Source of the DNA: Nitrospirota bacterium
GTDB taxonomy: Bacteria > Nitrospirota > UBA9217
Direction: 5' to 3'
Length of the DNA stretch: 64,000 nt
NCBI GenBank assembly: GCA_963845065.1
Contig: CAWJQQ010000009.1
Coordinates: 640,001-704,000, forward strand
Part shown: piece after piece, positions 1 to 11,055 of the stretch
Layout of the letters: each line of letters starts with the position of its first letter
How positions within the stretch are numbered: the stretch's first letter is position 1
Notes under the pieces: model-generated
Told to the model about the DNA's origin: nothing
Databases searched by the model: none
What the model saw: the letters and a program-made list of their open reading frames with translations, nothing else
Position numbers and translations under genes: made by a program

Positions 1-350
1 AATGGATATACAAAAATGAAATATTTCGTGATATATCAGTAAACCATGCACATTCAATGAGTTAGTACCTTTAAAGAAGATGTTATTTACATAAAAGCAC
101 ACAATATTTAATCATTCTCCTTCAGCGGACTTTCCAGCTCACCTCGGCATAATTCTTGCGTCTTTAGTTGTATTAACTAGATCATCAATGAATCATTATA
201 TTACGAAAAGGCGATCCATGCACTATCACAGATATAGGCATGAGTATTAACTGTTTCGCCGTTTTGCTGTTTACGGGAGCAACCTGAAAAATGCAATCGC
301 ATGGGAATGAAATTCTTCTAACGTTGACCACCCAAAAAGGAGGCTGAGCG

Positions 351-686
351 ATGAATATCTCGACAAAACGAATCGTGTCCGTGATCGTTTTAGTTGCAAT
401 AGGTTTTGCAGTCGGGTTTCCTATCGGCCAGAGTAGGGGCTTTACGACGGGTAGCGAGTGGGCATTCGTCCAGGCATCTCTCATTGCACGAGAGCTGGGA
501 TTGTTCATGCCTGTTAATTTTGTAGAAGGCCGTTTTCGAATCGTGCTGAAACAGCCTCGTGGTCTTTATCAACGGACCCGACAACTTGCAGAGAAATATG
601 GCGTAGAGGTGGTGAGCGAAAGCAAGAACGAAAAAGAACTTGCCAAGAATATGGGCTGGATTCGAAGCACGCATCTGATGCGATAA
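351..686 (+). CDS. Small exported/membrane-anchored hypothetical protein
   Basis: 111-aa ORF, AGGAGG RBS upstream, hydrophobic N-terminus (IVSVIVLVAIGFAVGF). Confidence 0.6.
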   Translation: MNISTKRIVSVIVLVAIGFAVGFPIGQSRGFTTGSEWAFVQASLIARELGLFMPVNFVEGRFRIVLKQPRGLYQRTRQLAEKYGVEVVSESKNEKELAKNMGWIRSTHLMR

Positions 687-910
687 GCGATCATCGCCTC
701 CTTTGGAAAAGAGGCAAGTGAAAAGGCATTACGTATTTCCGAACTGTCCGAGGATACCTAAGGTCAAAATATTCAACGAGGTGCTTTACTTGAGTTATTA
801 AAAGCCACGGACTTATCTTCTTTTCCCTTGAATACATCAAAAGAGACTGATATCGCTTGCAAGTGCAAGATTCAACCTGTACGTAACAACACCTGAGGTA
901 TTAAATTTCA

Positions 911-959
911 TGAGCTCTTCCGCCACTGAACAGCAAGAGCGGTTGGCGTGGGGGTTTCA
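911..959. repeat. Degenerate copy of a REP/MITE-like palindrome
   Basis: TGAGCTCTTCCGCCACTGAACAGCAAGAGCGG..TGGCG..TTCA resembles the copy at 1479-1535. Confidence 0.6.
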
Positions 960-1478
960 CCGTTCACAGATGGATGCGAACTGAAAGCATAGTTCTTAGT
1001 TCGGCTTATTTCCATCTCCCCGCGAATTTCCCATCTATTGGACGCAATTACAAGCTTGTATTACTCGCAGAGATCATAATTTGATTGATGTAAAAAACAT
1101 TGGTTGGGACTTAGAGATCAATAACTTTACTGAATCACGCACATTTTTTGGGATCAATTGATGTGCAAAACACAGATTAAATTAATCATCGTATACTCCG
1201 AATTGAATACATGTTATTGTGCATTTTCGTTCTTACAGCTTAACCGCAAAGACAAAGGTCCAATACTGTTGCCCGTTTGATTCAAACTTATACCATCTGC
1301 AACCCGAGTTTATTTTTATGAGCATTGAACAAACGTGGATTTAGTCCTGAGACAAATGCGACACCTACATCATATCGCCCTTACAACGTCTGGAGCATTA
1401 CATCGAATAGTTCTACTAATACGCTTTGTCTCCGATGTTGTCTGCAAATACAGACTGGCCCATATACAAAAATTTTCA

Positions 1479-1535
1479 AATGAACTCTCCCGCCACTAAA
1501 CCGCAAGAGCGATTGTATTGGCAGGAGAGTTCATT
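1479..1535. repeat. 57-bp imperfect palindrome (REP/MITE-like hairpin)
   Basis: AATGAACTCTCCCGCCA ... TGGCAGGAGAGTTCATT, 17-bp arms with one mismatch. Confidence 0.75.
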
Positions 1536-1583
1536 AAAGGGTGAGGAGAAACGCGCAAAACTGAATAGTCAAAAAATAAAAAA

Positions 1584-1820
1584 TTATGGAGTCCTTGCGA
1601 GGCGGAAGCCCAGGTAGCTGAACCCGACGTCCGGGTCGTCACCGGCGCGAATAGATGTTCGAATATTACTCGGTACGCTAATCCAGCTGCCGCCGCGACG
1701 CACTCGGGAGGCGCGACTCTCTACGCCCCAATGTTTACTTATCGGGCTTTTCTTGTAGTATGCCTGACCATACCCGTCCTTTACCCACTCCCACACGTTA
1801 CCGCTCATGTCATAGAGTTG
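1584..1820 (-). pseudogene. C-terminal fragment of an FGE-sulfatase/SUMF1 (CLec-fold) domain protein
   Basis: LYDMSGNVWEW, RVRRGGSW and GFRLARTP motifs; N-terminal part absent. Confidence 0.8.
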
Positions 1821-2244
1821 TCCAGAATAGGTTTTATCTTGAACATCATTTTTACGCTATGGGGAGCAGATCTCAAACCGCGAGCATTCTAAAATATGAT
1901 AAAAGCAGCTATTAGTGGCCCTGCAAACGACTTCTGTGGGGAAGACCGTAGACACCTACGATTCTCGCGTTTTGGATAGCATATAACGCTGCTTCGGAAC
2001 CTGTTTTCAATCAACATTTCGCTATCGTTACAAATTAACAACTTATCGTCCAAAATGAGTATTTAAAGCTTATTTTGAACAGCAATGATCCTACATCTAG
2101 TTTTACCTCTTCCTGATAGCAAGACAGGAGGAAGAAAAGTGGTGAACGATTACAGTAAAGACCTGTCCCTATGAAACTGCCTCCACGATGCCCCTTAAAT
2201 GGATGAATCCGAGGAAGTTCAGCCGTATCGCCAAGGGATCAGGG

Positions 2245-3156
2245 CTATTCGGTAATATAGCGTGACAGCCCTGCGGTACCCGTAAGAGGCAGTTCCAGAA
2301 TAATTTCGAACCTGCCACCCTCGAGTTCTCGCTCGCTTACCACAGTGTATCCCTTGAGGAACCCCTGGATCCTTTCAGCGACATTCCTCTTATGCATGAT
2401 GGTGCTGACCTTGCGTTCACTGTCGATTTGGATCTGCTCGACGGTCCGGAGTAAGTTTCTCTGCGCATCGGCAAGTGCTGCGCGTTGCGCCATTGCCCGG
2501 GCTGCACTTGCGTTTGCGGCGTTCGGCGGCGTCAATCCGACACCGGTGGCGCGAATCTTCCCGGAGGCCCAGTCTATGCCGTCGATGGCAACGATAGGAA
2601 AAAGAACGGCGTTCTGCCGCACCGTTTCATTCTCAGGGATTACGACCGGAGAAATATCATCGGCATGGCCTGGTGCTGTTGCCCGCACTTCGTACGTACC
2701 GGCTGGCAGTTCCTTGAATTCGTAATTGCCCTCACGGTCGGTGTGCACCGATGCCCGTTCTTTACCCTCATAAATGAGTTTGATCTCGCTGCCTGTGTGT
2801 GGGGGCAAGATCCTGCCTACTAGGATGGCCTTGCCCGATATAGGCGAGAGTTGAAGAGGGGGAAGCGTGGTCGTCTCTCCGGGCTTCACGACGACGCCGT
2901 CCAGACGGATCGGAAAGGAAGATGCTGGTGCGGACACGCTGATCGTATAAGTCCCGGCCGCGAGCCCCAGTCTGAACTTCCCGTCTTGCCCTTCAGCGCG
3001 CACTGTCACGATAGTGTTACCTTCCCGAATCGCTGATACCTGCGCCGATGCGTCTGAGGGAACGATTGTCCCCTCAACGACCCCTTCTTGTTTTGCGTGA
3101 CAGGCAAATGACGAAAGAACGAGTAGGATGAGAATCAGATTGCTTAGTATTCGCAT
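2245..3156 (-). CDS. Exported protein with two carboxypeptidase-regulatory-like beta-sandwich domains and an LPP20-like C-terminal domain
   Basis: Signal peptide MRILSNLILILLVLSS; repeated G.Y.F..LPAGTY motifs; AQRAALADAQRNL...IQGFLKG; GGGGGTAG RBS before ATG 3156. Confidence 0.7.
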   Translation of the reverse strand: MRILSNLILILLVLSSFACHAKQEGVVEGTIVPSDASAQVSAIREGNTIVTVRAEGQDGKFRLGLAAGTYTISVSAPASSFPIRLDGVVVKPGETTTLPPLQLSPISGKAILVGRILPPHTGSEIKLIYEGKERASVHTDREGNYEFKELPAGTYEVRATAPGHADDISPVVIPENETVRQNAVLFPIVAIDGIDWASGKIRATGVGLTPPNAANASAARAMAQRAALADAQRNLLRTVEQIQIDSERKVSTIMHKRNVAERIQGFLKGYTVVSERELEGGRFEIILELPLTGTAGLSRYITE

Positions 3157-3667
3157 AGCTACCCCCCTTGTTCCGTTTAAAGTATAGCATATGCACATGA
3201 AGAAAAAAGGCAGTGTGTGAAAAGAGAAATGTGCAATTATTAAATCTATAATAACTAACTATTAACTCCATAAAGTCCACGACAGCTTTTCCCTTTTTTT
3301 AAATTGCCGCTTACGTACTATACTAGACGTAGTTTAAATTCCTTGCAAATGCTTATGGTGGTTGTATAATCATATAGATTCACTTTAAAGATCATGCGTG
3401 TAGCAGTACAAATGCGCAATCTTACCTTCTCGCTGGGGTTATTTTGTTTAAGTGCAATAATTATCGCTGGAGCTGATCGTTGTAAATAGTGCGCTCGTAG
3501 GCTGCATAGAGTTGCCGGTTGTGGGATGCAGGAAAGGTTTATGGGATACAAGACAGTAATGCGTATAGGAGGCAACAAAATGAAAAAGTTATTTTGGGGA
3601 ACATTGTTTTTAGCATTTGTAATTGAAGTTCCTGTTCCAACGATGGCAGGGGTAGATGTTAACGTTA

Positions 3668-5042
3668 GGCTCTTGGCACGATACTATGGGCTGAAATGCG
3701 TTGAAAAAACACCCGGAAAGCGTTAACTTCTTGCAAATGACTAGCCATCATTAAGCAAGGAGGGGCCTTCCGGATGCAGTTAGATTATCTCACACGGTTA
3801 TTAGGAATTCAAGGGCATCATGTGACGGAGTTCGATATAGGATACCGAAAGGAACATATATCGGTCATTGTTACGATAGCGCGGGATCATGAAACTCATA
3901 CGTGCGCAAAGTGCGGTGTGATAGACATCGGTGGATACGACAGCAAGGAATTTGAGGTCCGCCATTTATTGTTTTGGAGTGCCCCAACATTTATCCGATT
4001 CGAGCGCTACCGTGGCAGCTGTAAAGAGTGCGGGATTCTATCGGAACCCCTTAGTTTTGTGGATGTCCGAGGACCACGGGTCACCGCAGAATTGGCGCAT
4101 GTAACCAAGGAATTGTGCAAAGTGACAACGGTCAAGGCCGTGGGCGATATCCTGATGCTGCACCGACATACGGTCAAAGCGATCGATAAACAGGCGTTAC
4201 AGGAAGAGCAGGCAAACCGCCCTTTGGACGGCATAACCGTATTGGGCATGGATGAACTTTCCCATGGAAAGGGCAAGGGACATAAGTATAAGCACATGAT
4301 AAGCGCCCTAGATGGACCTCGTGGCCCAGAGATGCTGTTTGTGGGGAAAGGGCGAAAAGAACGCAACTTGAGCAAGTTCTGGAAGTGGTTTGGCAAAGAG
4401 CGTGCTCGTATAATCACCCATGCAGTAATGGACATGTGGAAGCCGTTCCGCAACAGCGTTCGCAAGCACTGTCCGAGTGCGCAGATTATTTACGATAAGT
4501 TTCACGTCATCCAACACTTACTAAAAGCTCTTAATGCTGTGCGCGTACAGGAGATCCGAAAGGCCGGGAAATGGATGAAAGGCCGACTGTCGGGGAAAAA
4601 GTTTATTCTGCTTTCCCGTCAAGCCCATGTACGAGGAAATGCGCGGGCAGAGCTTAATGACGCATTGCGAGCAAATAAGCGATTGTTTAAGTCGCATTTG
4701 ATGAAAGAAACGTTCGGACACTTGTGGAGCTATGAATCAAAAACATGGGCACGCAAGTTCTTTCGAGGTTGGGTAGACCAACTTAAATGGAGTCGTCTGA
4801 AGCCAATGCAAAAATTTGCACGTATGGTGGAAAAGCATCTGGATGGTATTTTAGCGTATTGCGATAATAAAGCGCCGCTTGGATTTATTGAGGCTGCAAA
4901 CGCTAAGGCGAGAAATGTAATTCGCCGCGCATACGGCTATCGAGACAATGCCTATCTGGATTTGAAGATCATTCAGACTTGCACTCCCTGGATGAACCGA
5001 TTTAAACCATGGTCTTTTACCCATAGTAGGGTGCCATGAGCC
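3668..5042 (+). mobile_element. ISL3-family insertion sequence
   Basis: IRs GGCTCTTGGCACGATACTATGGG / GGCTCATGGCACCCTACTATGGG; 8-bp TSD TAACGTTA (3660-3667, 5043-5050). Confidence 0.95.
3774..5039 (+). CDS. ISL3-family transposase
   Basis: Zn-finger CAKC..CKEC, LGMDE, VMDMW, YDKFH, IEAANAK..RRAYGYR motifs. Confidence 0.95.
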   Translation: MQLDYLTRLLGIQGHHVTEFDIGYRKEHISVIVTIARDHETHTCAKCGVIDIGGYDSKEFEVRHLLFWSAPTFIRFERYRGSCKECGILSEPLSFVDVRGPRVTAELAHVTKELCKVTTVKAVGDILMLHRHTVKAIDKQALQEEQANRPLDGITVLGMDELSHGKGKGHKYKHMISALDGPRGPEMLFVGKGRKERNLSKFWKWFGKERARIITHAVMDMWKPFRNSVRKHCPSAQIIYDKFHVIQHLLKALNAVRVQEIRKAGKWMKGRLSGKKFILLSRQAHVRGNARAELNDALRANKRLFKSHLMKETFGHLWSYESKTWARKFFRGWVDQLKWSRLKPMQKFARMVEKHLDGILAYCDNKAPLGFIEAANAKARNVIRRAYGYRDNAYLDLKIIQTCTPWMNRFKPWSFTHSRVP

Positions 5043-5255
5043 TAACGTTAATATTGGCCTGCCGCCACCCATCGTATTTTCCGCACCACCAGATTTGATA
5101 GTACTGCCTGAGACGAATGTCTACGTCGTCCCTGATGTAGCCGCAGACATCTTTTTCTACCATGGTTGGTGGTGGCGTCCGTGGGAGGGACGATGGTATC
5201 GCTCACGGTACTACGATTCAGGTTGGGCTTACTATCATAGAGTCCCTATTTTTTA

Positions 5256-6783
5256 GATCAGGTCAAGTTTTTAGTTGAAATTAGTTGAGTGGCCCGCGCT
5301 CCCTTCGGCTAAGGCTTTTTATCGATTCAACGGTGTAAAGCATCGTTGTGTATAAAATCGGATTCGTAGGATCGCCATATTTGAGTTTTCTGAGGCCGAG
5401 CCATACCTAACCATCCCTCCTTATGCAGCCTTTTTGACCGTTAGGTCATTTATTTCGTCCGCCTCGATCCGTTTCATCACGTCCGCGATGAAGGCATGAC
5501 CCTTGATCTTCCTGAATCCTTGTTCAGCATATAAAAGAACAGAAGCGAGCCAGCGCTGCATCATCTTGCTGTCGCGATAGCGCTTTATATTGCCCTCTGC
5601 TTTTCTCACCGTAGAAAACATGCTCTCAATAGGATTGGTAGAATGCAAGGTATTCCGCAAGAGAGCGGGAACCTTCAACCGGTGAAGGGTGAGAATGTCT
5701 TCTATCGCTTCCATGAGCGAATCAGCCGCCGACTCATTGATGCCCCGAAGCCATTTCTCCATGTCCAGAAGCATCTGACGAGCATCTGCGTAATTATTCT
5801 GCTCCAGGGCAGTTCGGAACCTCCTGTGTGCGTCTTTCCGGTATTTCTTCGGCAAATGATGCTGTATATTGCGGTCCTTGTGGATCGTGCACCGCTGATG
5901 GATCAATTTCTTGCCGAAGCGATCCCGGAGAGCTTTGATTACGCCTCTGCCACCATCGGTGACCCAGATGATTCGTCGTGATAGTGTCAGACCCCGCCGT
6001 TCCATATCGGAAAACAGTTCTTCGCACAATTCATGGTTCTCCGTCGCCCCCTGCCAGAATCCCAATGTCTGCTTCGTTCCAGCACTATCGAGCCCCAGCG
6101 CCACGATGAATGCCTCTCCGCCGCGGTGAACAGTGTCTAAAAAGACTGCAAAGGGGACGAATGACGTGAGTGACCGTTCCTTAAACTCCTGAAGCTGTTT
6201 TGCTGTTGCCGCGACGATATGGCTCGACACCGTGCTGGCAGATACGCCAAATGCTTGCGCCGTATCTACAACCGTCTCCGCATACTTCCGGCATGATATG
6301 CCACGGAGTACCTTTCCAAGCAATTCTTCTGAGAAACCTTCCGGTTTTTTCAACTTCTGATAACTCTGAAGCGCAATCTCACCAGCCGGACCTCGAAGCC
6401 GAGGGTGGGTCACTGGGATCTTCTGATCTCCGATATAGACGGAACCGCCCTGGCTTGCCCACTTCCACAGGTCAGGACTGGTGGGCTGGTAGTCTGGCCC
6501 GGCAATCTCCTCACGCTCGATGTACATGATCGTCTCCGCCATCAGTCGGCCCATTTCCTTCATGCATTCATCAAAACCCTGTTTACCTTTTGCGAAGACA
6601 TAATACATCTGTTCAATGATCTCCTGCCTTCCATATGCCTCTTCAATTCCTCGTATTGCCTTTTTCCTCTTCCTTGTGGTATCCTTCATCGAGTGGCTCC
6701 TTTCTTTGTTTCTCTCTCTCTACCGTGGATTATGCCACGGGGGAGCCACTCTTTTCAATTTCAACTAAAAACAGTATAACCTC
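5256..6783 (-). mobile_element. IS256-family insertion sequence
   Basis: IR core GTTTTTAGTTGAAATT at both ends; 8-bp TSD ATTTTTTA (5248-5255, 6784-6791). Confidence 0.95.
5421..6689 (-). CDS. IS256-family (Mutator-like) transposase
   Basis: VFLD, VTDGG, QRCTIHK.RN, STNPIES motifs. Confidence 0.95.
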   Translation of the reverse strand: MKDTTRKRKKAIRGIEEAYGRQEIIEQMYYVFAKGKQGFDECMKEMGRLMAETIMYIEREEIAGPDYQPTSPDLWKWASQGGSVYIGDQKIPVTHPRLRGPAGEIALQSYQKLKKPEGFSEELLGKVLRGISCRKYAETVVDTAQAFGVSASTVSSHIVAATAKQLQEFKERSLTSFVPFAVFLDTVHRGGEAFIVALGLDSAGTKQTLGFWQGATENHELCEELFSDMERRGLTLSRRIIWVTDGGRGVIKALRDRFGKKLIHQRCTIHKDRNIQHHLPKKYRKDAHRRFRTALEQNNYADARQMLLDMEKWLRGINESAADSLMEAIEDILTLHRLKVPALLRNTLHSTNPIESMFSTVRKAEGNIKRYRDSKMMQRWLASVLLYAEQGFRKIKGHAFIADVMKRIEADEINDLTVKKAA

Positions 6784-8101
6784 ATTTTTTATGCAAATAT
6801 ACCCTCAGGCTGGAGGAATGACTACAGGGATCATCGTTGGAAAGGGCATCAATGGAACTATCAACGAATGCCTCAGCAACAAGTTCAACGGAACTGGAGC
6901 GGCTGGGAAAAGAGTGGACATTGGGAAAAACAACAAACTTGGGGTGTGCAAGGTTTGCAACCCCGAACGCGATCGCAAAAACCGTCAGGCGAGATGCAAC
7001 GACGGCCCCGACCACAAGAAAGAGCGGTAAAACAAGAGCAGTCACAACAACACCGGGAGGTGCGACCACAATCCCGAGAAGTCCAACCACAGCACTCACA
7101 GCAACAACGCGGAAACTCTGAAAAAGGAAAAGAAGAAAGACAGGAGACAAGGTAGGAGGACGGAAGGCTCGCCCGACACGTCAACTTTTTGTGCATGGGC
7201 GTGGAACAAGACTATATCGACTTCAGTAAGGTCGGAGAAAAACCGTCGTAAAGGCTGGGAAGGTAGCTGCGCACGATGATTTGCTGGGAGCATTTTCACC
7301 CGAAGCAAGAGTGCAGTTTCTCAGAAACGATATAACCAAAGAACCTCCGGAATCACTCGAAACGGATAATGAGTACGTTGATAACAAACAGGTCGTTTCT
7401 ATTATCAATTTCAAGAAACGGAAATCAAATGAGGGGGCCTTAGATAAATGGAAAAAAAGGGGACCTTCTTACTTATAACTTTTAAAAATTAGAGTTTTTC
7501 ACGTCCTATAGTACATGCCGCGAGACGCCTCGATTGGATCGTCGGGTAGCGGATTCAACAGGATCACTCGACCCTGACCTTCTTCGGGAAATTCGAAAAG
7601 TCTGTTGCGGTGGAATGAATTGTATGAATTGCAGTGAGGACCTTTCCGATTAGAGATGCTGAGGTTCTCCTTGAGCAAAGGATAATCGGCAATGGACGTT
7701 CATCAAAAAAAAGAGGTACAGACGTTACCTTGAGGCAAAACGGATAAGGAAATGGAACAGACTGGACCAGGTTAATCACTACAGGTCATGCTGATGATGC
7801 AAACCCCGAATTATAAGTTCCAAAACCATCAATCGTGTAGCTGTCCTGTTACTTTCCTAATAAATAAATGGTTGTTGAATTAGTTACGGGTACAGGGCTT
7901 ATAGTATCACTTTGGGGTAACGGACCCGTAGGTCATATAATGACATTATGCCCATTCTAGAACAACACACGTCTTTGCCGTTAATTTCGGATGTAATCTT
8001 GTATTTATATATCATATAAGAACGTACTTTCTGAATCTGCTGAAGCTACATTTATTGATATACGAGTTTTCTGTTGACAGTCTGGAAAAACGTTGATGAT
8101 A

Positions 8102-8740
8102 TTACGGAAAAACCGCACCCTGTGTTTGGCCATGGTTCGTAGCTGCATCGTATTCATCCTGCTCCTCGATCAGTTTTTTCATCCGTTCGTGCGATAGCGT
8201 CTGCACTTCCCTGTCGAGCTGTGCGCATGTGCGGGCAGGAGGAAGGTCCTTTACGGCACGCGTCATTTCGGTTGCTGCTTCCACTGCCCTGTCGCGATGA
8301 CCGTTTTCGTGTATGATGAGTTTTTCCATATAGGTGTTCCATTTTTTGACGAGCTGAAGGGGAGCACTACCTGTCCTCGCCCATTTTGGCAGGCGGAAAA
8401 CGATATCAACTGTCACTATATAGGAATCGGTCGTACAAGTTTGAGGAGAGTGGTTATAGCCATAATTCCAGTTTACTTTCCAGCTTGTCATGGAGTCGTA
8501 CTTTTTCCCATCGGCCCAACAGATGCATTTTTGATTTAAATCGCACTGCAGGTCTTTTTCGCAACATCCACACACCTTATAGTATTCGTATTTCTCCTTC
8601 ACGATGGGTGGAACAATGTTGTTTTCTGTTTGGCTGGCTAAAGCCTTGCCGACATTTGCTAGGTCTATATTTTTTTCTTGTGCTGTCGAAGTTACTGCCA
8701 TAGCCACAAGCACCAGAAAAACTTTAATACTCCTGATCAT
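8102..8740 (-). CDS. Secreted DUF922-like Zn-dependent peptidase
   Basis: Signal peptide; LPKW, HENGH (HExxH), YDAATNHG motifs. Confidence 0.8.
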   Translation of the reverse strand: MIRSIKVFLVLVAMAVTSTAQEKNIDLANVGKALASQTENNIVPPIVKEKYEYYKVCGCCEKDLQCDLNQKCICWADGKKYDSMTSWKVNWNYGYNHSPQTCTTDSYIVTVDIVFRLPKWARTGSAPLQLVKKWNTYMEKLIIHENGHRDRAVEAATEMTRAVKDLPPARTCAQLDREVQTLSHERMKKLIEEQDEYDAATNHGQTQGAVFP

Positions 8741-8849
8741 GACTTTACTCCCTCAAAAAACTTCGAACGGCACGAGAACACAGCTCATAATTCTCTTTCA
8801 AGTACCAGACGTTTTTCCCTCAAGTAACTTCATACTTGACTGATCACGC

Positions 8850-9250
8850 GGTTCACAATCAAGTTTAAGCTCTTTCACGGCCTCGACCAATCCGACAGAC
8901 TCCACCGGTTTTTGAATGAAAATGTTCGAGCCAAGTTGGTAACTCTCCACCCGGTTTATACCCTCTTTTCACGAGGCAAGAAGTGCGGCGGGAAGATGCA
9001 TCGTTCTGGGGTCTACGCGAATGCTATGCCAAACTTCTATCCCACCCAATTTAGGCATCCAAAATCGTGTACAATGAGCTCCGGTTACTGATCGAGATCC
9101 CGCCCCACATATTTCCCTTTGCCTAAAAAGATAATTGAGCGCCTCTACTCCATCCTACACCACTGTTACATTAGTCAAGATATAATTCATCTTGATGGCG
9201 AGCAGCGTCAGGATAAAATTTTCATCAATGTCTTTCATAAAAAGAATGAT
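8850..9250 (-). pseudogene. Degraded single-domain CheY-like response regulator
   Basis: Manual translation GVEALNYLF...MPKLGGIEV..IRVDPRT..LP...S*KE...ESYQLGSNIFIQKPV; contains stops and a frameshift. Confidence 0.75.
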
Positions 9251-9544
9251 ATTATATTCCATAGCTATCATCCAACAAGTTCATTTTCTAAATATGAGAA
9301 TTAGGTGTCTTAAAGTTCAGGATCACACAATCTTAAATCAGGAGAAATATAATAATTGCTGCAAACCGTAATAAGAATGAATCAATACAGTTTAACTCCT
9401 GTATAAAGTATAGCATATTATTATCTACACTTTATAAGTAGGATTTCTTTTGGCTGCCAAATAAAAAAAATTATTGAACTGTTAAATAAGCAAGTAATTG
9501 CGGTGGCAGGTTTGTCATTTTATATTATTATTTGCGTACTCACA

Positions 9545-9577
9545 AACCCCCTAATTTTAACTATGGGGAGTGGTCAG
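9545..9577 (+). mobile_element. Orphan IS200/IS605 right-end hairpin
   Basis: AACCCCCTAATTTTAACTATGGGGAGTGGTCAG, near-identical to 21690-21722. Confidence 0.75.
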
Positions 9578-10035
9578 CTTCGAGCCCGTCTCTTCGCAGA
9601 GTATCTAAAACGGTGCAACTGAGTCCGGCTGGAGACGTTCTCTAATATGGAGCGTCACTACGCGATGGGTGCAACAACGTATCACTATGGTTTATCCTCA
9701 TCCGAGCGCCCTTCACATTGTTCCTTAGATGCAGCGCTATAGTTAAAATGAATGGTAATGGTCGGAAGGAGAAAGGAGTGCGGACATGAAATATTATTTC
9801 ACAAAAATACTGCAAACTACCTTAGATGACGCTGTAAACCGCGTTACTGAGGGACTGAAGAAGGAAGGTTTTGACGTGCTGACGGAAATCGACATGAAAG
9901 AGACTCTTAAAAAGAAACTTAACGTTGATTTCAGGAAATACCGCATCCTAGGCGCCTGCAACCCGCAGTACGCGCTAAAGGCACTGGAAGCAGAACGGAA
10001 TTTGTCAATGACTTTGAGACACCCCGCGACCGAAT

Positions 10036-11055
10036 TTAGTGTACTTTCTCCTCGCTCACAGCGACCGGTTTAGGCTTGTTAATCCAAACGGCGTCTGGTA
10101 ATGAGGGAGGAACAGGAACTTTTTTCACGAACCGCTCAGGATGTGCCTCATAGGCGGTACGAAGCACCTCGCCCCTGGCTTTCAGCACGTCCAGCGCGAG
10201 TCCGTAGTGGACAGACTCCGGCGTGAGCAGCCCAATGCCGGAGTGATGATGCTCGGTATTGTACCAGGGGAAAAAGACCTGGCAGAATCCCCGGCCGTCC
10301 TCAATGCAGCCGAACCGATCGGGGAAGTCCGGCCGGTACTTGAGCGTTTTGAACTGAGACTCTGAAAAAGGATTGTCATCGCTCGTATACGGTCTGCTGT
10401 GGGTCTTGGTGACGCCCAGATCGGCCATGAGCAAGGCGACCGGTTTCGACCTCATGGACGAGCCACGATCCGCATGTATTGTGAGCTGCCCTTTTTCTAT
10501 ATTCTGCTTGGCGCAGGTTTCCTTGATAAGCTTTTCCGCCAAGGCAGCCGATTCCCTGGGGGCGACCATCCAGCCGACGACGTAGCGGCTGAAGATATCC
10601 AGGATCACGTAGAGGTAAAAATAGGACCATTTTGCCGGGCCTAAAAGCTTGGTAATGTCCCAGGACCAGACTTGGTTCGGCGCAGTAGCCAGAAGCTCCG
10701 GCTTCTGATACACGGGGTGGCTGAGCTGGTTCCTGCGCTCCTTGACCTCCTGGTTCGCGTCGAGGATGCGGTACATGGTGCTTATAGAGCATTGATATGC
10801 GCCTTCATCCAATAGGGTTGCATAGACCTCCTGGGGCGCCTTGTCCACGAACCGCTCAGAATGAAGGACGTCAAGTACGTCTTGCCGTTCGTCTGAAGAC
10901 AGAGCACGCGGCGGGCTCGGACGTTTCGTCGGCTCCATGGGAGGCGCATTTTTCCGCGCCTGTGTCCGGTAGAACCCGGAACGAGGGATGTCGAGCGATG
11001 CACATGCTGATTTGATCCCGATATCAGAGGAAAGAGTATGGGCGGCTTCCATCAT
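10036..11055 (-). CDS. IS3-family transposase OrfB (rve integrase core)
   Basis: PNQVWSWDIT, ILDIFSRYVVGW, IHADRGS, DNPFSES motifs. Confidence 0.95.
   Translation of the reverse strand: MMEAAHTLSSDIGIKSACASLDIPRSGFYRTQARKNAPPMEPTKRPSPPRALSSDERQDVLDVLHSERFVDKAPQEVYATLLDEGAYQCSISTMYRILDANQEVKERRNQLSHPVYQKPELLATAPNQVWSWDITKLLGPAKWSYFYLYVILDIFSRYVVGWMVAPRESAALAEKLIKETCAKQNIEKGQLTIHADRGSSMRSKPVALLMADLGVTKTHSRPYTSDDNPFSESQFKTLKYRPDFPDRFGCIEDGRGFCQVFFPWYNTEHHHSGIGLLTPESVHYGLALDVLKARGEVLRTAYEAHPERFVKKVPVPPSLPDAVWINKPKPVAVSEEKVH

Larger units (their letters stand above)
3580..7155 (+). pseudogene. Pro/Trp-rich exported protein gene split by two IS elements (pieces 3580-3667, 5051-5255, 6792-7155)
   Basis: Removing ISL3, IS256 and one copy of each TSD gives a continuous 218-aa ORF: MKKLFWG...VDVNVNIGLPPPIVFSAPP...WWWRPWEGRWYRSR...RVPIFYANIPSGWR... 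Confidence 0.9.

Noticed and set aside
1479..1535. Integron attC site
   Set aside because: R boxes do not fit RYYYAAC/GTTRRRY; no integrase or cassette array visible
6782..7196. Cys-rich and hydrophobic minus-strand ORFs
   Set aside because: Shadows of the low-complexity tail of the IS-split gene
8960..8980. In-frame TGA in the response-regulator remnant as selenocysteine
   Set aside because: Falls at a Ser position and the gene has other stops and a frameshift
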